Part shown: in pieces, positions 28,894 through 43,913 of the stretch
Numbering within the stretch: position 1 is the first letter of the stretch
Layout of the letters: every line of letters begins with the position of its first letter
Assembly (NCBI GenBank): GCA_964016885.1
Contig: OZ024742.1
Coordinates: 332,816,001 to 332,880,000 of the forward strand
Direction: 5' to 3'
DNA length: 64,000 nt
From: Eledone cirrhosa
Taxonomy: Eukaryota
Translations under genes and position numbers: made by a program
The notes under the pieces: generated by a model
What the model was told of the DNA's origin: nothing
Seen by the model: the letters and a program-made list of their open reading frames with translations, nothing else
The model's database searches: none

Positions 28894-31077
28894 CATATAT
28901 ATATATTTATGCATATGTATAAAGTTATTTCTACAAATTTGCTACCATACACGAGGACATGCGTTTCAACCAACGGATTCTCAATACATACATACACCTC
29001 CCTCCACACACACATATATATATCTAATATATATTTGTGAAATGTGTGGTGGTGAAATGGGCGGTGGTTGAAATTCAGATGTGCACGGTTATATGGCAGT
29101 AGACGTGGTCGGACTGACATGAAAATTTACACACCTATGTAACTTGAAAACTGTGGTCCCTGGGGCCCCAAAACTATCGCGTTTGGTGAGCTATTTCCCC
29201 CTGTTCTAATACTTTTGTCTTATTTACAATTTCATACAAATAAAGCAGTAAATAAAGGATTATGAGAAAATATCAACTGTAATGTATGTATGCATGTATT
29301 TATGTGTTTATATGAGCGGGGATATGCAAGTAAATCTTACTTTGTGGACAGCTTATCCTTAGCATAATATTCATGCTAGAACAGCATATATTTGAAAGTT
29401 TTCAGGGAGTTGAATTACTGATTTTGGATCGGCAGCTTTAGCTTTGAAAAAATGAAATGTGCAGTGTAAACATTTTTTACTATTCCTCTGGGGATGAATC
29501 TTCTCTGCATTTTTCCATCCCTTTCTTTCTCTCTGGAAGAAATCAGCCGTAGTAAGACCTAAAAAAATGGTTAGATACACCATGACGCACCGTGAGGTGG
29601 AGTTGAAAAGCAGACTCAGAACATGACGTTGTGTGAGGGTGGTTCGCAGCCCAATGTTCCAGAAGAAGAAGAAGTGAGCTGGAGTCCTATCAAATATGTA
29701 GGTTGTCTTAAATTGAAGGTTTAGTAGAAACAATTCATGTATAGTTTTGTACTTTTCTTTTTGTCATTCATATGTAAACAAATTGGAAGTGGTCGGACGT
29801 TGTATATGTAGGTGTAGTCGGATAAACGTCGAAACGGCTTGGTGGAATGCAGCGAAAATTTACACATTTATGCAGAATGACCCGATGAGGCGTTGGGTCG
29901 ACTTTCAAGCTACAATCTTCGATAGTTACGGAGAAAATCGATAAAACAGGAATTGTCCATTCAAATTGAACTGGGAATAATCTGTGAACGCAGAAGTAAT
30001 TATTTCGAGAAACGGTGCAACCGAACGAAAACAGGAAGACGATATTTTGGTTCGTGAAGACGTTCCCTGGCAATTAACGAGAAAAACGCGAGGATAATAC
30101 GTCGTTATGTGGAGCGTGAAGAACAATTTCATGCAAAGACAAGACCAAGTTTATGGTATAAATGGAGTCGTTAGACTAATATTCTATTAGCCCGGAGTTT
30201 AAGAATGATGTAAATAAAATTGAAAACGAAAATGAAAGAGGTCCATTGGTCCGTCATGCTGACTTTAAATAAAGAGAAGCGTCAGATAGAGAGAAAAGGG
30301 GGAACACCGTGTGTTTTCGAGGTGACAGAGACAGACAGATAAACAGAAAGTTATGACGTCGTCTTCATCTATATAGAGAGAGATGGAATGCCAATCTTAA
30401 GATATGTACATAGATAGAGAGAGAAAAGGGAACACCGTGTGTTTTCGAAATGACAGAAAGAGGTAGATTGACAGAAAGGTATGACGTTACACTTATCTAA
30501 TAGACTATACTATTATATCTGGCTTCTTGCTCTATTTTTTAATTCATATGTACACCTCCGCAACAACGCAGCACGCCATTTTCATCCTATATTTTTTCCC
30601 TTCGCTGTGACCTGTCTTTTTCTCTTCCTTTACTGCTATCCTCTCCCCCTTCTCTCTCCTTGTACCCCTTACTTTCATTCACCCCCTCTGCTAGTAACCC
30701 TCTCTCGGCTAGCCTCTTCCTCACACTTTCACTCACTCACTCTCTGCTACTCACCCTCTCTCACTTCCTTCCGTCTGACCCGTGTGAAATTATATTCTCG
30801 CTCACATTTCCCATGGCTTGGATGCGTCTTTCGTTTCTCGTCAATGATTCACTACATCTTATGTTCACATGTATCACTGACATGTTTTCTCATTTTTCCA
30901 CTCTTTACGTTGCCTCACCATTGTTGTTTGTTTACATGTCTGTCTTTCTCCACCCAATTCTTTTTATCCCAATAACTAAAATAAGTTATTGTTCGCGCTG
31001 GCCTGAGGTATCTGATCTTTAATACGAAGATAGCCAGAAGATCACTGATGATGGATAGTCCTGGCTTCTTGTTCTAT

Positions 31078-31140
<63 letters not shown>

Positions 31141-31141
<1 letters not shown>

Positions 31142-32002
31142 GAGGTATGTCCGAAAAGTAACCGGGCACCGTGTGCTGTGTGAGATATAAGTGGGGTAGG
31201 GATTAGGCGGTTGTGTTACATTGTCACGCAAAATACAGTGAGTAGATAACTGTGATGTCACCACTCTCTAGCCACTGGAATGTTTTTCACGTGATTTTGT
31301 AAACCATTCCTCAATTTTAAGCTTTCTACCGATAGGAAGAGAGCAACTAACCGACCTGAAGTTTTTGTCCGGCTGTGGAAAACTCCGTCGGAAGCACTTG
31401 AAATATTGCAGCAAGAGTACAGAGACGAAACGATGTCATGCTCATGGGTTTTCGAGTTTAACAAGAGGTTCAAAGAAGGACGCGAGGACGGAGAAGACGA
31501 GCCCAGGAGCGGACGGCCTTCAATGAGCAGACCAGAGGCCAACGTTGAGCATGTGAAGCACGTAGTGCGTGGGGATCGTCGACTGACAGTTCGAATGAAC
31601 CGCGACAGTGTTTGGAAGATTATCTCCGATGAGTTGGGCATATAGGAAGATCTGCGCAAAGATGGTGCCGAAGTAAGTGAACGATGTCCAGAAGAAACAG
31701 TGCATGCAGGTGTGTCAGAACATCCACAAGCGTCTTGAATCCAAACCAGACTTGCTGGGGAGAGTCATCACCAGTGATGAGTCATACATTTTTGGTTTCC
31801 TAACGCAGAAGTTATCAAGAGGGGCCATGACGTGGGTGCTGCGGAGAATCCTGGAAGAATCCATCCGGGAATGCATGGAGATGTGGCAGAGAAGGATGGT
31901 AGAGTACCTTAAACTTGAGGGGTAATATTTGTAATTTGTAGTTAATATTTGAAATTGTGTTTTCTTGCAACCACAGTCCTGTTTCTTTTCTGACAAACCT
32001 CA
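31141..32002 (+). mobile_element. Internally deleted mariner (Tc1/mariner) DNA transposon
   Basis: Imperfect ~31-bp TIRs (cgaggtatgtccgaaaag / cttttctgacaaacctca), TA on the right flank; transposase remnants KRFKEGREDGEDEPRSGRPS, RRLTVR, VITSDES. Confidence 0.88.
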
Positions 32003-34501
32003 TATAAGCGTGTATGTGAATTTATTTGCGTTTACACATAATTGTGTTTAATTTCATAAATATATGTATGTATGTCTTGACGTGTGTATGTCTGTATCAA
32101 TGTGAATATTTGTGAGTATATATGTGCTTGATTTCCGAACACTTTCGGCAAGTCGCCTCTTATCTTTACTGCCTACACATGTGTGTGTGTTTGTGATTAT
32201 GTATGTGTCTGGGTGCGTATGATTTTGTTCATACGTGTGTGTATGTGTGTGTTTATGTGTTTGGGAGTGTATTTTATGTGTGTGTATGTTTCTGTGTGCG
32301 TCTCTTGAATTTCCTTTTTCTCTCGGCAACCGCAACAACTATAATCTTCTTTATCTAAATCAGTGAAGGAGACGTGTATTGAATAACATGTTCAAAATAT
32401 TTCCGATTAATTGAAATTTGTTTCTTAGTTTATGAAATAAAACAAAAACAAAACATTATCGATAATTGTTAGCTATTCTCAAAACGGAGAGATAATTTCG
32501 AAAAATTAATTAATTCTATATAATTCACATGCTTAGAGGAATATCTTCTCAATTAATCGAGATTTCTTTCTCATGTCATTAAGTGCGCTTCGTACGTCCT
32601 TAAGTAAGCTCTTACCTGATTTACCGGAATCAAAGCCGTTCGCCCTCTTGAGTATTTTCCTTTACCTCATCATACATTTTAATTATGTAAATTTGTATTG
32701 AATAAAAATTGAATCCGCTTTTCTTTATAGAGAAATCGTTGTGGTCTGAACAAGTACAATCAATTTTGACTATTCATCTTCGAGGCGATAATAAACAACA
32801 CAATCGTGAGCGTGATTTTGACATTTCCAGCTTATTTATACTTGTCATGCTTTACCAGTGCCCTCAACCAGCCGCCGTCATGTATGACCTATCTTGTGCG
32901 TGTCAAACTTGTTGGGTCCCATACCATTCCATGTCAAACAAAAGTCAGCTGCTTTCTGAGAAAGAGGGAAGTCTTGTTCCATGTTCTAAAATGGTACAAT
33001 GTTTATCAACCTCAAACGTTTAAAGGCAAAGTTGACCTCATTTGAATTTAAACAGAGCGCAGATTTCCAGAACAAACATCGCAAATTATTATATCCGATG
33101 CTTTTATATTTTTCAGACATTTTTTTATATTTTTGCTTTTATATTTTTCAGATATTTTTCAGATTAGCCCATTGGCATGATATTATGCCAATATTATCCT
33201 ACTTAATATGAAGTTATTAATACACCTCATTATTGAAAAAAGTGTTTTCGTATTTACTTGAAATTCCTTTTATTCTTTATGGACCGTTTTGAGGACCTCA
33301 AAGAATGGAGAGAAAAAGAGAGAGGTAGTGCCATATTCTCAAAACTGACACTCGTTAGCAATACCTCATACGAAAGCCTCGTGTGGTGCTGATTAAAAAA
33401 TCACAGCGAATTTATCCATGTAAAACACGGAGTGATTTGAATTCAGAAGGAAAAGCGCCGAAACAGATACTGCAAGATGTGTGACGCTTTCGTAAATTTC
33501 CGCTTGGTATTAATCTTTAGTATTTGATCTAACTCCCAGCGCTCTGAGTTCAAATAGGGCCGATGTGAACTTAGCCGTTAATCTTACGCTTTAGCGACTC
33601 TACCAACCACTAATTACCTCAGGCATTTCAAAATGAGTAGGGATATCAACTCCCCTAAGAAATAAAATAAATCTTATAACTTGTGCACACTGGTGTTCCA
33701 CACATAACTTATTGAGAAAATGTTGATAATATTCATAGAATTATTTGAAATCTGTTTTATTCTGTCAATCACTAGGTTTGTTATGTTAAAACACATTTGG
33801 CTCAATGCACTGAAACCGTTGAAGATGACAGATCCCCATGAGACGATGCATTGAGATAAGTAAAGAAAACATTTTTAATTCTTCAGACATTGAATGAAAA
33901 GTTTTAAGAATGTTGCCCACTTAAAACATTATATATTGCCGTTTAATTAAATCTACCCTGATTACGGTAGGTACTGAATATATGAACGACCGATTAAAAT
34001 TCCTAATTAGGAAAATAATTGGTATATGTCTGCATATAGTTTCTGAGAGATAGATACATTATTAAAAATCTGTACTCCATTTCACATTTTATATGAGTTT
34101 CTAACTAACGAAAATCTTTCTACGTTAAAATGATTAGTGAAATGAAAAACGTTGTAATTTTATCTGATGAAAACATCCTTTCTAACAACTCATGCTATAA
34201 ACAATTAACAGCTTAAATGTATTTTAACATCTTTGTGAAAAAAACCTTTAAAACATTATTTGTAAAAGCTAAAAGTACTATATTCACTAGCTTAATGTGT
34301 TGCTTTTGTACTTTGAATCTTGTAAAATTCTTGATAATCTGTCTTATGATTTTAAACAAATTATTGTTATGTTTTATTATATTTCCTGAAGAGATACTGC
34401 TTAAAGTATAGCACCTATAATGGAGTTAAATAATTGATAATAATTGATGAAATATTCTAGTTGCGTTGAAAGGACCGTAGATGTATAAATAAATAATAAT
34501 T

Positions 34502-34688
34502 GTTTCTACTTTTTGCTCAAGGCCAGCAATTATCCCAATGTATTACTGGTACTTATTTCATCAACCTCGTAAGGATGAAAGGCAAAGTTAACCTCATCGG
34601 GACTTGAACTTAGACCATAAAGGGCCGTAACTCTTTGCTGCAAAGCATGGCTTCCGACCCTCTACCGATACTGCCAATCCACCGCCCT
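34502..34688 (-). mobile_element. tRNA-derived SINE (12672 family)
   Basis: Full-length reverse-complement match to 12672-12855. Confidence 0.85.
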
Positions 34689-34818
34689 AATAAATAATAA
34701 TATTTATTATCGGACTTATTGATTTTTGAATTACTGAAGAATGAAGGGTAAAAATGCGCATTGGGCTTAACTCATCTTACCAGAGAAAATATTGAACTAT
34801 TACAATATAACTTTCTAA

Positions 34819-34849
<31 letters not shown>

Positions 34850-34893
34850 CGTATGTATTTATAAGTGCACTTATGTGTATGTAAGTAAAACTG

Positions 34894-34925
<32 letters not shown>

Positions 34926-35039
34926 GTTTATTCATTTATCCATGAATGTCGATATATATATATGTATATAAGGATACATTCATAGGTACATATATGTTTA
35001 TTCTTGTAACCATACTCTACTACCCCAATTTATAAATAT

Positions 35040-35141
<102 letters not shown>

Positions 35142-35152
35142 TATATATATAC

Positions 35153-35205
<53 letters not shown>

Positions 35206-36229
35206 CAAATAAAGGATTTATAAACATCAAAGTAGAAGTCGTTTGTAGACAAGTGTGTAGACATCTTTCTAGAAACGTCTTTGTATCCAGTTGAGTGTAG
35301 TATTTTACAGCCTAACATATCAAAGGATACCATAATAAAATGGATTATTTAACATTGTGTCTGTACTGGTGTTGGACATTTTGTGTAGACACTGGTAGAT
35401 GTGGGGGAGTAATGGTGATGGTAATGATGGAGGTGGTGTGACAGTAGCAATATTGGGGTCTGGTAGTATGATATATTGACGATGGTGATGTAGGAATGGC
35501 GGTACTTTTAAAAGGAGAGTTGAATGTGTTTGGAACGTTGTAATTATTGCCGTTGTTTAAATTTATGTTAGTAGTTCTGTTTTATCTTTCTAACTTTGAT
35601 GAAATTGTTATTGTAGTGTTTATAATAACGGTAGTTGTAATATTGTTGTTGTTGTGATTGTAATTGCAGTTGTTGTTTTCATTATTAGGATTGTTGTATT
35701 GGCATTCTTTATAGTGACAGTCAAATCCTTAGTAGTAAATTGTTACAGCCCTTCAGGCTTTGATTTCAAATTTTACCGAGGTCAACTTTGCTTTTTACCC
35801 TTCCGGGTCGATAAACTAACGCACAAATTGCGTTATTATTTTGCTCGAATTATAACTAATTCTTGCTGGAAGTTTTAGAATATTTTATTATCCCCCTACG
35901 AAAGTCTATTCCACAATGTCATTCTCTGTCCCTCTTTCCTAACCCGCTCTCTTTCACACCAATGTCTGAGGCTGTTCTTAATTTATTTTAAGTATCCCAC
36001 TTCACTCACACTCAGACACATTATGATCACCGTCCTGCCAACTTTCGTAAACTTTCGACAAGAAGTAAAATTCGCGCTGGAAGGTGTAGATTTGTCTTTC
36101 TGATCTCTAAACTCTAAGTTTTCTCACGCCTATTCTCAGTCTCTCCCACAAACATAGACACTTCCCACCTACCCCCGTTGAACATAGACCAATCAAAGAC
36201 ATGGACAGAAGCAGCGAAATAATATGGTA

Positions 36230-37170
36230 GCTCAGTGTTACAGAGGGATCTTAAACATATTTCTATGCCTGGGATGCTGCTGATATGTGCACAAGATTAT
36301 CTCGAATTGGAATTTACAAACCTCTTGCATTTGATCAACAAGGCAAACCAGTCAGTGATATACTGGAAACCTTCACTGGACAGTAATACTTGTTGCGAGA
36401 GAGAGATATCGGACAAAGGAATGACCTTGCTGAGACTATCTGCAAATATGGAAATAAGCAGCCGCAGTCCAAACTATTGTGACCACAATAATGATGCAGT
36501 GCAATGGTACCTAAGCCATGGCACGATATCCAGATGGTGACATAGTCTTTCATTATCGACGATGGCATTCCTGAGGGGTTTCCACTGGCCCCGATTTATT
36601 CATAATCAGCCTGGATTATGTACTTCGAACGTCAGTTGATTATATGAAAGAGAACGATTTCATCTTGAATTCAGAGAGAAGCAGACGCTACTCGGCCGAG
36701 ATTATTAAAAATGCTGACTGTGGAGATGATTCTAGAACCATATCCGATATGATACACGAATCAAAATAACTGCTAAACGATTTGGAGAGGGAAGATAGAC
36801 ACATCGGAAACAGCTAAATACTGGATATATATATTTAAACCAGGATGGCACTATAAACTCACTAGCCGAAAACCTCATCAAAGAAGTTTACCAGTTCACC
36901 TATATTGGAAGCAACATCTCGAAACAAGGTTTGACTGAAATTGTCATAAAAAAGCGCCTCAGGAAATCTTGGGTTGTCGATCAGATGCTGAAGAAAATCT
37001 AGAAATCGAAGCTCCCCACAAAATTGTAAATTATTCCAAGTGAGTGTGGAGTCTGTCCAGGTGTACGGGAGTACTAGGCGGAGACGCACTAAGCAACTCG
37101 TGACGAAACTAAATGAAACATACATAAGGATGCTCAGAGCCGTTTTAAACATGTACTGGAAGCAGCACCC
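36230..37170 (+). pseudogene. Degenerate RTE-clade reverse transcriptase fragment
   Basis: LAP.LFIISLDYVLRTS, RSRRY, FTYIGSNI, YIRMLRAVLNMYWKQHP with stops and frameshifts. Confidence 0.75.
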
Positions 37171-37806
37171 TTTATCCTCTGTGTTCAAATCCTTCCGAAG
37201 TTAGCTTTGTCTTTCATCCTTCTAGGATCGATAATAAATACTAGTTACGGACTGGGTCGATGTCATCGACTTTCCCTGCCCACAAATGTATGGCCCTTAC
37301 AAGTCATTAACATTGTTTTATTATTGAAACCGTGGACACATGATGGCCCAATATTTAAGAAGGAAAACAATAGCTTCATAGATGAGAAAGAGGAGGGGGT
37401 ATGACAGTGTAATAAGGTGTAAGAAATGCGTAAAGCATTAAGGGAGGAAAAGATTAGACACTCCCACGGACAAACATATATGAGATAATGTAGGACGAGT
37501 AGCGTGTTACATTATCCTTCATTTGAACTTTCTGCTTTATTATATACGTTAATGTGATAAACAATTATGTAAGTACAGTTCTTAATTCTAGAATATTTAA
37601 CAAATGAACATTTCTTTGTTATTTGATAAATATTTTCAGTAATTCAACTTAACCATATTTTGTTTTCAAGTCAGCAATGATCTATGATATCTCACATCGC
37701 AGGTGTTTCATCTCATAAAACTTAAATAAAAAGATACATCAGATTGTAGTGATGTGTATATATTCAGATAAAAAGAAGCAATAAGAAGACTGTATGTGTG
37801 CTTGTA

Positions 37807-37858
<52 letters not shown>

Positions 37859-38713
37859 GGCAGATACAGTGAGCGCGGAAAGAGGAAGTGATAAAAGGGT
37901 GTTAAAAGACGTACAGCAGGAGAAACAAACGAAGTTGGTGTTATAAAGATGAAACATTAAACATGAAGATGTCATTGAAATCTCTGAAGCGGTCACATTT
38001 GTCCTTTAGGAGCAACATAGATCATAAGGTTTTCACAAACGCTTCCTACAGAAAGTATGGAATGTGTTACATTTCAAAGGACGTGGTCATTCACTACCCA
38101 ACTAATGCAACATCAACAGATCACTACTAACAAACCCAACATTATATGTGAGTTATCCGTATTAAATTAGTCCTTAGATATAAGCTGTGCTGCAGATGCT
38201 ACACAAATATGATTGTCCACTAAGTCTAAAAAGAAAACCTAATTGGCAAGCCAGTCTAATCTTTTTACTTCACTTCACCCACAAACCAACAAAATTATTT
38301 CATGATTCCCCTATCGCTTCTACAATGTTTAGTGATTAACGTTTTGGATTCGTCGGTATATGTTCAAGTGTTCGATTCGCGGATCGAGGGGTTGATCGTG
38401 TTCTTCAGGCAGCTATTTTATTTGTACGTATAATGCAGCTAGAGCCGGAAGTAAATTTGATAGAATGGATGGTAAGTTGCCCATTAGCGGTTTGTGAGAT
38501 ATAGCATATTCGATTCTCAGTATCGGCTGCTGTTGTGGGTGTACGATTATTTTATCAGATTATTATCTCCACTTTTTTTTATAAGCGATAAAATCGATTC
38601 AAGAGCCGAAGACAATTGTAATCAATTGCGGCTCCAAGCTGGTCATTTGCGAAACACGCGTTACGCGTAATTACGAATGAAATGTTATTATTGATATATG
38701 TGATTGCTTGTTA

Positions 38714-38820
<107 letters not shown>

Positions 38821-39155
38821 TGGTGTGTGCGTGTATGAAAGCGTGGGAATCCCGAATGTTGAAAATAACAGTAATAACAGTCGATCACTGTAAATAATAG
38901 CTAAATCTGGTGCAATAACCGTAACGTGGGAAAAAGCAGGACCGGGGCATCTACGGAAGATTGAATTCGTTTTCTAACGAATAACATGTGAAAGCCTTAA
39001 CTTTGTGCTAATGGATAACTGAAACATTTTTCCATTTATTCTAGGGTGCTATGGGAAACAGATTCAGGCTAAAATTTAGATAGAGACTTGCTATTTGAAA
39101 ATATGAGGATCTCGAATACTGAAGTAAATGTAATGCAAGTTTATCCATATGAATG

Positions 39156-39612
39156 GAACTGAGAAACGAAAAAATGTGGATAGAGGCATCTACGGGGAAT
39201 TGAAGTGCGTATCTCTCGAATGCCGTGCGAGAGCGTCAACTAACATATATTTGCAAAGAAGTCAACTAACATATATTTCAGCATATATTCATATATAAGT
39301 AGATGGAAATATATGTTAGTTGAGATACGCACTTCAATTCCCCGTAGATGCCTCTATCCACATTTTTTCGTTTCTCAGTTCAGAAATGATGAGATTTGTT
39401 TATTGAAATAAAAACAACAATATTTGATATATATTTATCTTTATCGAGCCCTCTTTGGATTTTAGTCTTCACTTTTATTATTATTACTATATATATATAT
39501 ATATATATAGTAATAATAATAAAAGTGAAGACTAAAATCCAAGAGGGCTCAATAAAGATAAATATATATCAAATATTGTTGTTTTTTTTAAATAAACAAA
39601 TCTCATTTCTGA
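39156..39612. repeat. Two abutting imperfect palindromes (39156-39381 and 39380-39612); the second is a pair of family-A-like tails around a (TA)n
   Basis: Arms read directly as reverse complements. Confidence 0.85.
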
Positions 39613-39789
39613 AGACAGCATGTATATGTGAAGGTATGTATATTTCCTCTGATAATTGGTCATATTTGTACATAGATCTATATGATATACATACCAACAC
39701 ACATATACATCCTAGAAACGATCGTAAAATGATAATTTTTTAATATAAGAAACTTGTTCTTTGTTTTTATTTCATTGTTTTTATTAATT

Positions 39790-39837
<48 letters not shown>

Positions 39838-40497
39838 TATTTGAAATTTTGAACTATGAACAAAATACGAACATTATTGCGTTTCATTTCATGTTATATT
39901 ATTACTCATTCTCTGTTATATGATCCTTTCCAGGCCATGTCGAAGTAAAAAATGATATTTATTTATTGTGTTCAATTAAAAAACATTATCGTTATTTTGG
40001 GAGTGTTCATTTTTTTTTTTTTTTTCTAATAGTTTCACACACATACACTCATATATATATATATATATATATGACTGTATTTGTGTGTGTGTGTGTGTGT
40101 CTGTCTGTATATATATATTATATATATATATATGTGTGTGCGTGTGTGTGTGTATGTGTGTGTGTATGTGTGTGTGTGTATGTGTGTGTGTGTGTGTGTT
40201 CATTATATTTATAATCTGCCGCAATACCTGTTCTTGTGGTGTTAACAATTAATGTCATGCAACCACCAACTATTTTCATCAGACATGTATTTGAAGTAAT
40301 AATGTTGATATGTACTATATTTACTATAATACATACAGAGATGGACGAATTCAACGTTCTGCACTGTTTACCTGCACTTTCTCTTGGATCACAATCTGTA
40401 GTGTCGGGTGAGAAATGTTGCTGTCCTTTCTCTTATTAAGGTTCTTCCATACTGTATGTCAACACGGCACCCCTGCGACTCCCTCACGAATTACCGG

Positions 40498-40603
<106 letters not shown>

Positions 40604-40624
40604 TGTATACATATATATATATAT

Positions 40625-42061
40625 TTCGTTTTTGAATTTGTTTAGCAAGATTCTTTATCTGAAAACGTGTGTTGAAACCGATATTGTTAGGCTTTGGGAG
40701 GGTCATGTTGCCAATAAGAAACACACGTACCAGTTATATACCATTAATAACAAAGAAAAAATTCTCCATTGCCATTATGCCAAACCCATGACTTCCAAAT
40801 ATCTGATCCACCGAAACTCAGCTCTTTCGGACCATACCAAAATCAACATACTGATTGCGGATTTGGTACGGGTGATGAGAAAGGTGTCCCGCATGTGCAA
40901 CCCCAAAGAACTAGAGACACACATACAACACTTCATCCACCGTATGCAGTTCTCTGGTTACAATCAGAGAGATAAAATCAGAGTATATAGAGCAGCCAGA
41001 ACCAAATGGGAAAAATGGTAAATAATGATACAAATGGGACCTGCCCCTTGTATAGGAGCACATTTTGGAATAGAATAGAAAGAACTAGGAATAAGGTTAA
41101 TAGAATAAACTCATGGTATGATAGCGAATAAATACCAGAGTGAAATGTTCATCGATAGAACCCCTAGAGGTGAATTAGCTTACAAACTTAAAAGGGCCCT
41201 AAATAAAGATAAACTCAATATTAAGATAGTAGAAAGACCAGGTACCTCCATAAAAACACTTATTAGCAATACATACCCTTTTCAAAGACCTCCCTGTATA
41301 GATGAGAAATGTAAAATCTGTAAACTAAGCCCCCATATTAACTGTAAAACTAGAAATGTTGTATATAGCATAAGATGTACTGAAGGACAATGTAGAGATA
41401 AGAATATAGTGTACCTAGGTGAGACAGCTCGTAGTATAGGGGAACGGATAAATGAACACTGGCGAGAGCTTCAAGATAGTAAAGAATTATCTGTACTCCA
41501 CCAACATGCTAAAATAGAACCTAAGGGTAAATTAGAAAATATAGAAATAAAGATAGAATCTACACACAGAAAAGACGCAATGTTTAGACAAATCACAGAG
41601 GCAATAAACATAAATGAACTCCAACCAAAGTTAAATAGAAAACATGAATGGAATAGCAACATCACAACTTACAATTAAGGACAACATGAAAAAACACACA
41701 CACATAGAACAAACAACCAACCAGTAACATGTAAATAAACAAATAAATAAACGAATATAAACACACACAGACACCCGATGTAACACATCCGCAAACTAAG
41801 CACACAACAAAAACAATATGGCGTAGGACAGAACAAAGGAGTGGCACAAAAACAAAGAGAAGAAACCCCAGTCACTGAAGAGGTCACATAATGTGTGACG
41901 AAAGAACTTTGACAATGTATGAACAATCGTCTGGTTGTGGAACCAACAAACCAACCGGAAATTTATAAATTCCTAAATTTATAAATTTAATATATAATAA
42001 ATTGAATTGAAAGCAACTGGTGCGTGTGTTTCTTATTGGCAACATGACCCTCCGAAAGCAT

Positions 42062-42067
<6 letters not shown>
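40625..42067 (+). mobile_element. 5'-truncated Penelope-like element (RT thumb + GIY-YIG) with a short inverted arm and tail on the left
   Basis: [69 protein letters not shown]; 40681-40735 is inverted relative to 42015-42067; (TA)n flanks. Confidence 0.9.
41871..41913 (+). ncRNA. Type I hammerhead ribozyme in the PLE 3' region
   Basis: gtca-CTGAAGA-ggtcacat aat gtgtgac-GAAA-gaac-TT-tgac. Confidence 0.8.
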
Positions 42068-42115
<48 letters not shown>

Positions 42116-42119
<4 letters not shown>

Positions 42120-42278
42120 CGAAGGTGATGTGGTAAGGAACCAGGTGGACCATAACGCACCAAAGTACTCAATACTATAGGTAGTAGAGTGGGTAATAGG
42201 AACCAGTAAGACCCCGACAGCTGAGCTCAAGCCGTTTCGACGGCTTGAGCTCAGCTGTCGGGGTCTTGCTGGTTCCTA
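42116..42278 (-). mobile_element. Fold-back element, family B (copy 3)
   Basis: Same termini; turn at agccgt-ttcg-acggct. Confidence 0.9.
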
Positions 42279-42362
42279 TATATATATATATATATATTTA
42301 TTAGAATAACATATTAAAGTTTAAGCAAAGAATCGCTGCTTTCACCCTTATTGGGATGTTAT

Positions 42363-42437
<75 letters not shown>

Positions 42438-42450
42438 TATATATATATAT

Positions 42451-42850
42451 CACGATAAATTAACGGACCCATAGACTCTCGCTATTCCCTTTCAATAATG
42501 TGCTCAAAGGAGAAGGAATCCTGATCTCTTTAAGATACAATATGTTGAAAAGGTAATACACTAGAGAGAGATAGTGCGCCATCAATAAAACAGGGAAAAA
42601 CCACCAGTGTATGGAATGTATAAGCTATGAAAGGCCGGGTAGACACACGATAATTAAAAATATAAATTAAAGTGTATATACATACCTCTATAACTATAGT
42701 TAGAGAGGTATGTATATACACTTTAATTTTTATTTTTAATTATCATTTGTCTACCCTGCCTTTCATAGCTTATACAAAAACAGGTGGTTTTTCCCTGTGT
42801 TATTGATGGCGCACTATCTCTCTTTAGTGTATTACCTTTTCAACATATTG

Positions 42851-42857
<7 letters not shown>
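42451..42857 (-). mobile_element. Fold-back element, family C, with an ~85-nt tail
   Basis: Same start as 25038 and 25578; turn at tataactatagtta; (TA)n flanks. Confidence 0.85.
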
Positions 42858-42920
<63 letters not shown>

Positions 42921-42924
<4 letters not shown>

Positions 42925-43842
42925 CGAAGGAAATGTGGTAAGGAACCAGGTGGACCATAACGCACCAAAGTACTCAATACTTGGGGCAGTAGAGTGGGTA
43001 ATAGGAACCAGTAAGACCCCGACGGCTGAGCTCAAGCCGTTTCGACGGCTAATTCTGGACTAAATGAAAATTTATCCTGGTATTTAAATAGCCGATCTTC
43101 TCAAGGGGTAATTCCATATATGGTCAGAGTGATTGTCAAAAGTCAGTAGTAATTCTGTGATTGCAAATTAGTAGGGGAGATGGTGGCTAAACCTGCCAGT
43201 AGCAGAAAGAGCGGAGGGGGTGGAGTAGACCCAATCAAGCGTTGGTAGTGCCAGCTACAGCTGGGCATGAGGTCAAAGAAGATACTGGGGAGGGAGAGGG
43301 GGAGGAAGTCGGAACGGTAGGTAGAACAATGAGCGGTAAAAATATATATGAAAGAAAAAATACTGAGAGTGAAGAAAAGCGAATAAGTGTAAAGAAAAAA
43401 GTAGCCTAACAATAGCTAGAGACTTAGGTCGTAGAACTTGCTTTACTTTTTTCTTTACACTTATTCGCTTTTCTTCACTCTCAGTATTTTTTTCTTTCAT
43501 ATATATTTTTACCCCTCATTGTTCTACCTACCGTTCCGACTTCCTCCCCCTCCCCCTCCCCAGTATCTTCTTTGACCTCATGCCTAGCTGTAGCTGGCAC
43601 TTCCAATGCTTGATTGGGTCTACTCCACCCCCTCCCCTCTTTCTCCTACTGGCAGGTTTAGCCACCATCTCCCCTACTAATTTGCAATCACAGAATTACT
43701 ACTGACTTTTGACAATCACTTTGACCATATATGGAATTACCCCTTGAGAAGATCGACTATTTAAATACCAGGATACATTTTCATTTAGTCCAGAATTAGC
43801 CGTCGAAACGGCTTCAGCTCAGCCGTCGGGGTCTTACTGGTT

Positions 43843-43846
<4 letters not shown>
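42921..43846 (-). mobile_element. Fold-back element, family B (copy 4, ~400-bp arms)
   Basis: 43002-43403 is inverted relative to 43444-43846; same termini as the other B copies. Confidence 0.92.
43739..43832 (+). ncRNA. Type I hammerhead variant with a U3:A8 core (inverted copy at 43016-43109)
   Basis: acccc-TTGAGAA-gatcg(g/a)cta..tagccgtc-GAAA-cggct..agccg-TC-ggggt. Confidence 0.75.

Positions 43847-43909
<63 letters not shown>

Positions 43910-43913
<4 letters not shown>

Noticed and set aside
38340-38680. CpG-enriched patch with an ETS motif ccggaagt as a promoter
   Set aside because: May be SINE decay; no supporting gene start
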